This document shows positions 1 through 8,665 of a stretch of 26,550 bases of DNA, piece after piece. Location of the stretch: positions 1-26,550 of IMG/VR virus record IMGVR_UViG_3300005805_000400. One strand, written 5' to 3'. Made by a program: the position numbers and the translations under genes. The notes under the pieces are model-generated. The model was given only the letters and a program-made list of their open reading frames with translations. It was not told the DNA's origin and searched no databases. The stretch's first letter is position 1. Every line of letters starts with the position of its first letter. The DNA comes from a virus. Lineage: Duplodnaviria > Caudoviricetes.

Positions 1-3000
1 GTTCAATGCGTTATCGATGATACCACGACGAGTACCTGCTGCCGCTAACCAAGGATAAGCGACTGTATCGTTACGCAAGAATGTACGCAACATCATGTGA
101 CTTGCTGGTACAGCAACTTCGTTACCGTTCAAGTCAAGTGCGATACCGCTTGGGTAGAACAAGCCAAGATAAGTGTTGCGTGTTACGCAACCATCTTCAC
201 CAGTGCTTGTTGCACCTGCTGCGTTAGTTGCCCATGCTTGAATTGCAGTTGCATCTTCTGGTAGACCCATTGGAGTGTCGCCTAAGATGTAACCTGTCTC
301 ACCGCGATCCGCATTCAATACAACCATGTTAGGCTGACATTCTGGATAGTTTGGTGTTGCCATCAAGTTGAAGAAATTATCTTCATCACGGATCGCTAAG
401 TTAGTATCGATGACTGAACGCAATGATGCTACAACCATTGCTCTCTGAGCCTTGCGACCCATGTAAGGACTACCATTTGACTGTAGACCACTTGCTGATA
501 CCCATGTGCTACGGATAGTTGGTAATGTCTCATCAGGGAAACTCAATGCATTGAAATAGTTTGTTCTCCACTGCTTGACATTGTATCCGCTTCTGCGTGT
601 GTTGAACAACAACATACCTACTGGATAGTTGTTTGCATTTGGTGCATCTAAGTCAAGATTGTTGCTTGTCAACAATGACTTGATTGTTGGAATCGGATCG
701 TTAGCAGGATTGATTGTGTTCTGATCGCTTGACCAACGAGCATCAGCGAACAATACACCTGAGCCTGAGACCTGATCAGTATTATCAATCAATACCCACT
801 TGTCTTCACCATCTACCATCTGCCAACGGCTGATGATTGGATAGTTTTCTAAGTCGCTAGTATCGATCCATAGATCACCGTATACAAGTGCTGTTCCATC
901 GCTCTGTGTAGTAGGCGCACTTGCGCTAACTAACGGACCATTTGGATCAGTAGCATTTGCACCACTTGGTAGTGGGAATCCGTTTGCATTAAAGTTTACA
1001 TTCTTGTAACCTTTCCAGCCACCAGTTGTGTTTACTAGTATATCACATTCATCAGTGACGCTGTAGAACCAATTGGTGTTATTTGCAGGAAGATCAGTTG
1101 GTGCACCTTCATTGGCTGTGAAATCAAACGCAACGAAATTACTTAACATGACTTCTAAATTGAATGCTGGTGGTTGACTGTTTGTAGCAAAAGTGAGGCT
1201 TGTGATTCCGCCGCTTGTTACTGAACCCACCTTTAATACTAGATCATTAGTACCAGTGACACCGCCTAGTAATGCACCATTGAATGTTAATACTTCACCT
1301 ACTACATAACCTGAGCCTGCCGCTGAGATTGAAAGTACTTGATATCCTTCACCGTTGGCTGCTATTTGTAACTGTGCGCCGGCACCTGACCCTGATGTTG
1401 TAGATTGTCCTACACCAGAGAATACAGTAGTCACCAATTCACCGAAACGGCAACCATCTGTAGCATTTGCTACAAATCCGGCTTCTGCGAATAATCCTTG
1501 TGATAAACCAGTCACTGGGCTGAAGTCATTCAATCTTATTGAACCACCTAATGTATGCACTAATTGAATAGCACCGTCTGATGCAATCAATGCCTGTGTA
1601 TAAGGAACATCTGCTGCTTCAAATGCCTGAACGAAATCTTCAGCATCAGTGTTGTCAGCAAGTGTCATAGTGTATGGACCTGACCAACCACTGCTGTTTG
1701 GTGTAGTGACATAGATAGTAGCAGTATAAGGACCTGCTGTGAAACTTGGACTTGTTTCGGTTCCAGTTACTACAGTCGGGCCTGTTGCTACACGATTCCA
1801 AAGATAGACAGGGCCATCTTTGTATTCTGAATTATAATAGTACTGACCTATGATTGTACCTGCAGGAATAGCCTGACCACCAGTTGGGTCAAGTGCTGCA
1901 ATGGCTGCTGCATCATTTGTTGATAACGAAACATTTTTAGTTATCCATGCGCTTGCAACTGCATCATATTCTTTGACAACAGGATTATAACCGTTGCCTG
2001 AAGTACCCATCTTCAACCATACTGATCCAGATGGTCTTGGATGTGCCTGTCCAGCACCCCATAGCGGCATCTGAGATGATGTACCGTAAGTTACATGAGG
2101 AGCATCATAACTTCCAGCTGGTATACCTATATCACTTAATACTGTGCCTGTGCCTGCTGCGATTACTAAAGTCTCATTTACTAAATGACCAGAACAGAAA
2201 ATCTGTAGACGACCGCTAGCACCTGATGCTGATAGTCCTTGCCATCCTAGATTATTAATTTCAGTAGCAAGACCGATCACTGTATTTGAACCTAATCCAG
2301 GTACTGTGATCAATTTGCTAACTGTCATGTCTGGGTCTGAACTTACTAGAGTCATCGTGAATGTATCGCCTACGCTTAATGTAGGATTGCTATTAGTACC
2401 TGTGACAGTAGGAATGCTTTCCTGCCATGCGTCTGTGGCTAATACTACCCAAGTATTGTTTGCATTCTTATAGAAATATTGTGGAGCCGCAGAAGGATTT
2501 AGATTTGGCTGTATAGCATTTACTGCATAACTACCGATAGAACCTAAGTATCCAGCTGGAACACCAGCAACTAAATTGTCTGCGTCTGTTATTACTAACG
2601 GCAACTTATTAGTGAATGTCTGTGTAGTCGCGTTCCACTCATAGATACCCCATGTTGAAGATGTTGTATCTAACCAGTATGCGCCATCATCTGGTGCTCC
2701 TGTTGGGCGACCTGTCTGACCTACTAGACTTGCTAGATCGATGTCTGCTCTCAAGCAGTATACGCGGTTAGTGACACCTAATGCTGAGTATGCTGCTAAC
2801 AAACCGTATTCGTTCAATTCATAACCTTGAATTGGAGTACCGTCTGTAGTCTCATAGAAGAATGGTGTTCCGTATAGAGATACGAGATCACGCTGACTTG
2901 TGACCTGAAATAACTTGCCAGCATTAGCAGCAGTTGTACCCTGCGCAATGCCTGTGCCAGTTGGATTCGCTTTATCTTCTGCTGTTGCAAAGACAACTAG

Positions 3001-3081
3001 CGGAACTGATGCTGTTGGGGCTGGAAGATATTGACTTTGGTCAATGATTGTAACTTCTACGCCTGGTGATGTAAGTGCCAT
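1..3081 (-). CDS. Contractile tail sheath protein (T4 gp18-like), 3' end outside window, >1027 aa
   Basis: Manual translation from ATG at 3081 gives MALTSPGVEVTIIDQSQY, the typical sheath N-terminus (SPGV). The same frame at the left edge reads AYPWLAAAGTRRGII (sheath PW-x-AG-xRG motif). AGGA RBS at 3091-3094. Absent from the ORF track because the stop lies outside the window. Confidence 0.93.
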   Translation of the reverse strand, partial: MALTSPGVEVTIIDQSQYLPAPTASVPLVVFATAEDKANPTGTGIAQGTTAANAGKLFQVTSQRDLVSLYGTPFFYETTDGTPIQGYELNEYGLLAAYSALGVTNRVYCLRADIDLASLVGQTGRPTGAPDDGAYWLDTTSSTWGIYEWNATTQTFTNKLPLVITDADNLVAGVPAGYLGSIGSYAVNAIQPNLNPSAAPQYFYKNANNTWVVLATDAWQESIPTVTGTNSNPTLSVGDTFTMTLVSSDPDMTVSKLITVPGLGSNTVIGLATEINNLGWQGLSASGASGRLQIFCSGHLVNETLVIAAGTGTVLSDIGIPAGSYDAPHVTYGTSSQMPLWGAGQAHPRPSGSVWLKMGTSGNGYNPVVKEYDAVASAWITKNVSLSTNDAAAIAALDPTGGQAIPAGTIIGQYYYNSEYKDGPVYLWNRVATGPTVVTGTETSPSFTAGPYTATIYVTTPNSSGWSGPYTMTLADNTDAEDFVQAFEAADVPYTQALIASDGAIQLVHTLGGSIRLNDFSPVTGLSQGLFAEAGFVANATDGCRFGELVTTVFSGVGQSTTSGSGAGAQLQIAANGEGYQVLSISAAGSGYVVGEVLTFNGALLGGVTGTNDLVLKVGSVTSGGITSLTFATNSQPPAFNLEVMLSNFVAFDFTANEGAPTDLPANNTNWFYSVTDECDILVNTTGGWKGYKNVNFNANGFPLPSGANATDPNGPLVSASAPTTQSDGTALVYGDLWIDTSDLENYPIISRWQMVDGEDKWVLIDNTDQVSGSGVLFADARWSSDQNTINPANDPIPTIKSLLTSNNLDLDAPNANNYPVGMLLFNTRRSGYNVKQWRTNYFNALSFPDETLPTIRSTWVSASGLQSNGSPYMGRKAQRAMVVASLRSVIDTNLAIRDEDNFFNLMATPNYPECQPNMVVLNADRGETGYILGDTPMGLPEDATAIQAWATNAAGATSTGEDGCVTRNTYLGLFYPSGIALDLNGNEVAVPASHMMLRTFLRNDTVAYPWLAAAGTRRGIIDNALN

Positions 3082-3136
3082 TTTATTGTTTCCTATATGT
3101 TATATTTTGAGGGTAACAACCCTGAATGCTTACTAT

Positions 3137-3142
3137 TATTTA
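3137..3142 (-). promoter_or_regulatory. T4-like late promoter box (TAAATA) for tail sheath
   Basis: CTAAATAATAGTA upstream of the sheath gene. The same TAAATAATAGTA occurs upstream of the 22651 gene. Confidence 0.7.
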
Positions 3143-3193
3143 GTTGAGTTTATAAAAAACACTGGGTTATCAAACCTTCGAAGGTAAAATCAT

Positions 3194-3199
3194 TAAATA
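3194..3199 (+). promoter_or_regulatory. Late promoter box TAAATA, 5 nt before ATG 3205
   Basis: TAAATA-tagat-ATG with no SD between box and start. Confidence 0.65.
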
Positions 3200-3204
3200 T
3201 AGAT

Positions 3205-3558
3205 ATGGCCACTATTAGACCTATATGCAAAGAGTGCAACAAGAACTTTCGTGCTGTTAATTATATTCGTGACGGTGTGACTCATTACCGCAGCATATGT
3301 GACGATTGTGGCAAAAAGAAACCTAAACAAAAGTCTAAAAGACCTTTGTGGGAAAAGGCAGGCTATAAAAAGAAACCTAGTTGTGACATCTGCGGATTTA
3401 GATCATTATATACTAGTCAAATGACAGTATTCCATATAGACGGAGACCTCAGAAACACTACTCATAGCAATCTGAGGTCTATATGCTTGAATTGCGTTGA
3501 GGTCGTCAAACGCAAAGAAGTGACTTGGAAGCGCGGTGATTTACAAGTTGATTATTGA
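3205..3558 (+). CDS. Zn-finger / HNH-endonuclease-like protein
   Basis: Four CxxC pairs. C-terminal CDICGF...VFHIDGDLRNTTHSNLRSICLNC matches the HNH pattern (H-I-D-G-x-x-x-N...NL..LC). Confidence 0.7.
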   Translation: MATIRPICKECNKNFRAVNYIRDGVTHYRSICDDCGKKKPKQKSKRPLWEKAGYKKKPSCDICGFRSLYTSQMTVFHIDGDLRNTTHSNLRSICLNCVEVVKRKEVTWKRGDLQVDY

Positions 3559-4173
3559 GTCAACTTTCCTATGTAGATCATCGATAGTACCGTCATTATT
3601 GATATGATGATCATACTCTAGCCCAACGCTACTATATTCGCTAGCATGTACATTGTATGATTCTAGTACTTTCATCGCTTCTGGATATCCCTGAGAATAA
3701 TAACCTTTTGAAAAGGTAATAGCAGCATCATGCCAGGGCGGGTTATCACCTCTATGAACCCTGATAGTGATACCATTCATTCGTTTGATAGACTTTAGTT
3801 CATTGGGGAATCTACAATCGCTAATGACGATATCATCCTTAGCATGCCTGAGTTGATTTTCGATGCTAGCGATCCATATGTCATCATGGAAAGCCCTACG
3901 ACCCACTTCAGTACCCCATTGTTGCAACACCCACCGTGGAGTTAAATGCTTGATATCCAATCGTTCTGCCCACCAAGGATCTACAGTATCACGCCACTCG
4001 CGGCTATACTTTGTAGTGCCCTCAAGCAGTTCTCGGTCCCAATTAAAGATGCTTGCTACTGCATCCTTCAATGGACCTGCATAACTCATTCGTTTGAAAC
4101 CTTTAAAAGTGATTAGATAGTCAGCGATTGTATCTTTGCCGCTACCGATAAAACCTGCGATTCCAACAATCAT
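3541..4173 (-). CDS. Deoxynucleoside monophosphate kinase (T4 gp1-like)
   Basis: N-terminal P-loop GFIGSGKDT; TPRWVLQQWGTEVGR; ISDCRFPNE; HASE; INNDGT. Confidence 0.9.
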   Translation of the reverse strand: MIVGIAGFIGSGKDTIADYLITFKGFKRMSYAGPLKDAVASIFNWDRELLEGTTKYSREWRDTVDPWWAERLDIKHLTPRWVLQQWGTEVGRRAFHDDIWIASIENQLRHAKDDIVISDCRFPNELKSIKRMNGITIRVHRGDNPPWHDAAITFSKGYYSQGYPEAMKVLESYNVHASEYSSVGLEYDHHINNDGTIDDLHRKVDSIINL

Positions 4174-4200
4174 AAATTGGTCCTTATACTATGAAAACAT

Positions 4201-4228
4201 AGTATAACATGATTTGTAGGAAAAGCAA
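4201..4228 (-). promoter_or_regulatory. Putative sigma70-type promoter for dNMP kinase
   Basis: TTGCTT-16 nt-TATACT with an extended -10 TG. TAAGGA SD downstream. Confidence 0.5.
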
Positions 4229-4245
4229 ATATAGAGTTGACCGAA

Positions 4246-5031
4246 TTAGCCCTGAATCCAAGTCAATGGCTGACTATAATCTACATAACGCTTGAGTTCG
4301 TCAATCAAACGCTCTTGCTCGGCTTTACCTTCTGACTTCATGGCCTGACCATTTAGTGAAGTACCGCCACCTGGACCTGCGATACTGTTGTACTTTTCAC
4401 GGGCTTCACCGATGATGATCTTTACAGTAGCAAGTATGAAATCAGTCAACCATACGCCTATGCCCGGATCCTGTAATAGTTCAGTCTCGGGTCTAGTCAT
4501 GTCTGCCCAAATCAATACGCGCTCGCCTGTGCCCTTAAAGTCACGAACTACACGCAATACTTTGGTTACAGGGTTGAATGTGTATGTCACATAACCACCG
4601 AACATACGAGCAGCCAATTCTACATAGCCTGCATAGAAATCATATGTTGCCATGCCGCCTGTATAGTTATAGTTCAATAGGTATGTGTTTAGGATAGCAC
4701 TACTGAATGGGTCAAAACTTGTGCTGCTAGGACCTGTCTCAAGACCTACTGTTCTACGAAAGATAGCACGAACATTGACATACTCGCTAGGTAATGTATA
4801 TGTGTCAACATTCTTGATGATAGTCATCAAGGTATAACTTTCTTGTGTGCTATTCTGCGCCTTTTGACGATATACTTTGATAGCATAGTCATATGCGGCT
4901 TCATAATGCTGCGGATCTAATTCTAAGTCTATGATGTCGCCACCCAGACGCAAACGCACATTGTCAAATAATGCTTCTTTTAGTTCTTGTAGGTTAGCGT
5001 TTGTTGGAGTTGATAGTGGATCTGCAGCCAT
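4246..5031 (-). CDS. Neck / head-tail adaptor protein (T4 gp13-like)
   Basis: LRLGGDIIDLEL near the N-terminus and GEAREKY..IAGPGGGTSLNG near the C-terminus resemble gp13-family motifs. Context near sheath and gp14/gp15-like genes. Confidence 0.78.
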   Translation of the reverse strand: MAADPLSTPTNANLQELKEALFDNVRLRLGGDIIDLELDPQHYEAAYDYAIKVYRQKAQNSTQESYTLMTIIKNVDTYTLPSEYVNVRAIFRRTVGLETGPSSTSFDPFSSAILNTYLLNYNYTGGMATYDFYAGYVELAARMFGGYVTYTFNPVTKVLRVVRDFKGTGERVLIWADMTRPETELLQDPGIGVWLTDFILATVKIIIGEAREKYNSIAGPGGGTSLNGQAMKSEGKAEQERLIDELKRYVDYSQPLTWIQG

Positions 5032-5053
5032 GTTATATTCCGATTAATATCAG

Positions 5054-5059
5054 TATTTA
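5054..5059 (-). promoter_or_regulatory. Late promoter box TAAATA inside an inverted repeat (5035-5068)
   Basis: GATAAATAC, 22 nt upstream of ATG 5031. Confidence 0.7.
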
Positions 5060-5067
5060 TCGGAATA

Positions 5068-5520
5068 TCAGAGATCGCCCGCTTTTCTATTCTCGCTATG
5101 GTAAACATCAAAGTGTCCGCCCGGATAACGGGCCTGCAACTTCTTGACATTCTCTGCTACTACTTCATTGGGGTCGAGTTGCAACGCACGGCAAGCATTT
5201 ACCCAATACCACATGATGTCACCTAATTCACGCTTCATGTGAAATAGTGTCTCTTCATTGAGGGGCTTGCCCTGGAATGTGATCTTCTTTACGATCTCTT
5301 GGAACTCGCCTGTCTCACTACCAAGACCGATAGCGCCGCATAGCAATAATGGTACATTGATATCTGGACCATGCATATATTCACCGTCGCTACCATATGA
5401 TTCGTAGTTAGCATCAAGCCTGTCTAATCGATTCATGAATTCAGTAAGATCGTGACTTTCTTTGCTAGTCACAGCCTTGACGAATTCCATATACTTGTTC
5501 AAGTCAACTTGGTTACTCAT
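5068..5520 (-). CDS. mazG: MazG-like nucleoside triphosphate pyrophosphohydrolase
   Basis: ETGEFQEIVKK and ELGDIMWY (ExxE...ExxD) followed by NVKKLQARYP. Confidence 0.9.
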   Translation of the reverse strand: MSNQVDLNKYMEFVKAVTSKESHDLTEFMNRLDRLDANYESYGSDGEYMHGPDINVPLLLCGAIGLGSETGEFQEIVKKITFQGKPLNEETLFHMKRELGDIMWYWVNACRALQLDPNEVVAENVKKLQARYPGGHFDVYHSENRKAGDL

Positions 5521-5716
5521 TAGTCAATCCTCTAAACATTTCTCTGCGACCTTCTTCGCCCAAAATATGATCAAAAATTTCTCTGGTCCTTTGCAACATA
5601 GCACAGGCTAACATCAATTGATCTTGCGGGCTGTTAGTCGTTGTGATAGCAGTATCTATCACAGTCATCATCGTTTCCATTCTTTTTTCTAATGGATTGA
5701 AACTATCGTCTTCCAT
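5513..5716 (-). CDS. Hypothetical protein (67 aa)
   Basis: Fills the gap between neighbours and overlaps both, suggesting translational coupling. Confidence 0.7.
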   Translation of the reverse strand: MEDDSFNPLEKRMETMMTVIDTAITTTNSPQDQLMLACAMLQRTREIFDHILGEEGRREMFRGLTNE

Positions 5717-6837
5717 TAGAAAGCCCTCAAGATGATCATGTCAGCATTGAAACGACCATTAGGTGTTACGCTCACAGCCTTGATGTCCTTGAAGAACTTT
5801 CGTGCCGCGGGCTTGCTACCCATGATCTCTTTGATCTGTGCTTCAGGCTTGCGTAATGTCTTGCCTTCGCTTTGCTTAGTGCAAAAGCCAGTCACAGTAT
5901 TGTTCTTGACGCTGAGGCACTTAGCATACTCATCTGCCACAAAGTGATAGAGTTTACGCTTCTTGGTATCATACACCCAAGCCTCAGTAGCATTGTGCAA
6001 TTTAGTAGGCGGTACGCTGACCAACTCAAGTTTCTCAAGTTTGAATTCCTTGAGATACTTCAACTTACGCACAGTCTTCTCAACGCTGACCGGCTTCTTA
6101 GCACGGGGCTTACGACCATGCTTCTTGATATTGATATAACTATTGAGTTCGGCGATGACAGATTCGATAGTGCTGATAATGTTACGAACCTGAATCTTAC
6201 CTAGATGGGCATATGCTTCATTCAACTGATCATCCTTGCCCTCTTGAAGTTCATAATACTCATCAAGTTTTGCTTTCCAAGCATCGATCAAGATATTGAC
6301 ATGCTGCGGCAAGATGTTGAATTGCGTCAACACCTGCACTGGGCTGATAGCATTCTCTTTTTTAGCACCTTCCTTGAGATAATCGTCCCAACGACCTTCA
6401 AGTTCGCCACCTGCTTCATGTGTTTTCTCACGCATGATCTCTTGAACATTGGGTCGATTGCTCACAGGCTTCTCAGTAGCCTGAACTACCTCAACAGTAC
6501 GGATCATACGGTCGATCTCATTGCTCAATCGTTGAGTATGCTCTTCAGATACATAACCGCGCATAAAGCATCGTGCTAGATATCCATAACTAGTGATCAC
6601 CTGATTATCATGTACACGGCGGACAGCCTTAGCCCTTGTCGCATCACCCTTGAATTCAAGATACTGTGCGATAAATTCTCTACTGTCTTTCTTGTCGTAG
6701 AAATGTCCATACCAAGTCAAAGCACGACCTAGTGTCCAATCACTACCTTCTGCAAAAGTAGGCTCTGACCCAAAATACTTTGCGTCAGGGTCACGGGGGT
6801 GCAGTTCTTTAATATCTTGCGATTTGGTACGAGCCAT
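5716..6837 (-). CDS. Hypothetical phage protein (373 aa, basic C-terminal region), probably early
   Basis: Long ORF with GGAG SD and a near-consensus sigma70 promoter upstream. No motif recognised. Confidence 0.8.
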   Translation of the reverse strand: MARTKSQDIKELHPRDPDAKYFGSEPTFAEGSDWTLGRALTWYGHFYDKKDSREFIAQYLEFKGDATRAKAVRRVHDNQVITSYGYLARCFMRGYVSEEHTQRLSNEIDRMIRTVEVVQATEKPVSNRPNVQEIMREKTHEAGGELEGRWDDYLKEGAKKENAISPVQVLTQFNILPQHVNILIDAWKAKLDEYYELQEGKDDQLNEAYAHLGKIQVRNIISTIESVIAELNSYINIKKHGRKPRAKKPVSVEKTVRKLKYLKEFKLEKLELVSVPPTKLHNATEAWVYDTKKRKLYHFVADEYAKCLSVKNNTVTGFCTKQSEGKTLRKPEAQIKEIMGSKPAARKFFKDIKAVSVTPNGRFNADMIILRAF

Positions 6838-6869
6838 GTGTCATCTCCAGATTATCAACGATAGTATAT

Positions 6870-6898
6870 AGTTTAGCACCTTTTCTTATGGGTGTCAA
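6870..6898 (-). promoter_or_regulatory. Sigma70-type early promoter
   Basis: TTGACA (6898-6893), 17-nt spacer ending in TGc, TAAACT (6875-6870). Confidence 0.75.
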
Positions 6899-6926
6899 GT
6901 CCTATTTAAGCCGTTGTTTTTAAGAC

Positions 6927-6932
6927 TAAATA
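6927..6932 (+). promoter_or_regulatory. Late promoter box TAAATA, 5 nt before ATG 6938
   Basis: TAAATA-ctact-ATG. Confidence 0.65.
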
Positions 6933-6937
6933 CTACT

Positions 6938-8656
6938 ATGCCCAAATTATCTCTCTACAGTCCGACCAAACAGAATGATTATAAGTTCTTCGATAGAACC
7001 ATATCGGAACAATTTACCGTTGGCGGTACGGATTTGTACATACACAAGTACATGGGCCCGAATGCGCAGACACCAAGTCCGGACTATACACAACCACAAT
7101 ATATAAGTCCCGATCCTACACAGATACAAGATTTGCTATTTTTAGAGAATCGTGATCGTGTGTATGATCCAAACATTTATAGATTACGCGGTCATTATAG
7201 CGTTCAGAATCTTGATTTCGATCTAAGCCAGTTTGGCTTATTCTTGAATAATGACATAATTTTCGTTACAGTCCACTACAATGATATGATCGATATCATT
7301 GGAAGAAAATTGATGGTGGGCGATGTTTTAGAATTACCACACCTACTAGATTACAATCCATTAAAAGAAACTATACCAGTAGCATTAAAGAGATTCTACT
7401 CAATAACAGATGCAAACTATGCTAGCGAAGGCTTTAGTCAAACATGGTACCCGCACTTGTGGCGCATCAAGTGTGAACCATTAGTAGACAGCCAAGAGTT
7501 TAGTCAGATATTACAAGAACCAATCAACAAAGATAACTACTTGGGCCAGTGGGATAAAGATAAAGTTTATCCCCCTGGCTATGTGATAAGTTTTGGCGAC
7601 AAGAATTACATCAGCAAGATAGAAGTCCCCGCAGGCATCAGTCCACCTAATCCAACTTATTGGGAACTAGATCCCAATCAGAATCTCAAGGATATCTTGT
7701 CAACATATAACAAGAATATTGAGATCAACAATGCACAACTTGAAGAAGCAAAACGCATATTACCTAAAGCAGGATATGACAATAGCAAACTATATGTCGT
7801 ACCTACATATGGTGTATATGAGAGCAACAATACGCCATCTGGTAAACTCAATCAACCTGCGCCACCTGTCAATATCATATCAAGTTCAGCAGGTGCGCCA
7901 AGCACTACAGGCACTGTAGTTTATATGCGCAATCCTAAATACAAGAATCCTAGCATAGGTATCAAAATTAACAAAGATGTGATCAAGAGTATTTGGGATA
8001 TGACTGCTGACATGGATATCAAAGATAAGTTTGATAAGTTTGTGCAAGCGAACCTTGAAGTCACAGAATCAAATCCATATGTATTACCTGAAGGTTCAGG
8101 TAGCAGAGCGTTAGAAGGTCAAAAGATGTTGTCTGTTATGTCTGCAGGTCCAGTCACTGGTCCATATGGTACTGCTGACAATACATACGCAACTGCCGAT
8201 GCTGATCCAACTCAGCCAGGATTCACCGGCACTATCAGCACACAAATGGACTGGCGTGCAGACTGTGATCCTGCATTTCAATATATTACTAGAGCAAGTC
8301 CAAGAAGTTTCGGTTATGAGACAGCATATTTGTCCGGCGACGGTCAAGCACCAAACGGATATCCATCAGGTGCAGGTATAGCGTTCCCGCAGAATCCGCA
8401 AGTGGGCGATTACTTCTTGCGCATAGATTATATGCCGCAAATACTATATCGTTGGGACGGTCAGTTGTGGGTGCGCATATCTACAAACATCAGAACTGAT
8501 ACTGGATTCACTAGCGCAGACAAGTCTGAACTATCAGGATTTATTAACAACGATGCAGTGATATATAACAACAATACACAAACAGTTATTCCTTCTGCGC
8601 AACCGTTGTCAAGTATATTACAGTTAGCGCCGGACAATTTACCACCTCAACCATAA
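6938..8656 (+). CDS. Neck / head-closure protein (gp14-like N-terminal domain) with long C-terminal extension
   Basis: QDLLFLENRDR, FDLSQFGLFL and MVGDVLELPH resemble gp14-family segments. Lies directly before a gp15-like gene. Start moved to ATG 6938 on promoter spacing. Confidence 0.62.
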   Translation: MPKLSLYSPTKQNDYKFFDRTISEQFTVGGTDLYIHKYMGPNAQTPSPDYTQPQYISPDPTQIQDLLFLENRDRVYDPNIYRLRGHYSVQNLDFDLSQFGLFLNNDIIFVTVHYNDMIDIIGRKLMVGDVLELPHLLDYNPLKETIPVALKRFYSITDANYASEGFSQTWYPHLWRIKCEPLVDSQEFSQILQEPINKDNYLGQWDKDKVYPPGYVISFGDKNYISKIEVPAGISPPNPTYWELDPNQNLKDILSTYNKNIEINNAQLEEAKRILPKAGYDNSKLYVVPTYGVYESNNTPSGKLNQPAPPVNIISSSAGAPSTTGTVVYMRNPKYKNPSIGIKINKDVIKSIWDMTADMDIKDKFDKFVQANLEVTESNPYVLPEGSGSRALEGQKMLSVMSAGPVTGPYGTADNTYATADADPTQPGFTGTISTQMDWRADCDPAFQYITRASPRSFGYETAYLSGDGQAPNGYPSGAGIAFPQNPQVGDYFLRIDYMPQILYRWDGQLWVRISTNIRTDTGFTSADKSELSGFINNDAVIYNNNTQTVIPSAQPLSSILQLAPDNLPPQP

Positions 8657-8665
8657 GAGTAACGC

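Noticed and set aside
1355-2996. Short ORFs 1355-1567, 2031-2219 and 2814-2996
   Set aside because: Antisense or off-frame shadows of the sheath gene.
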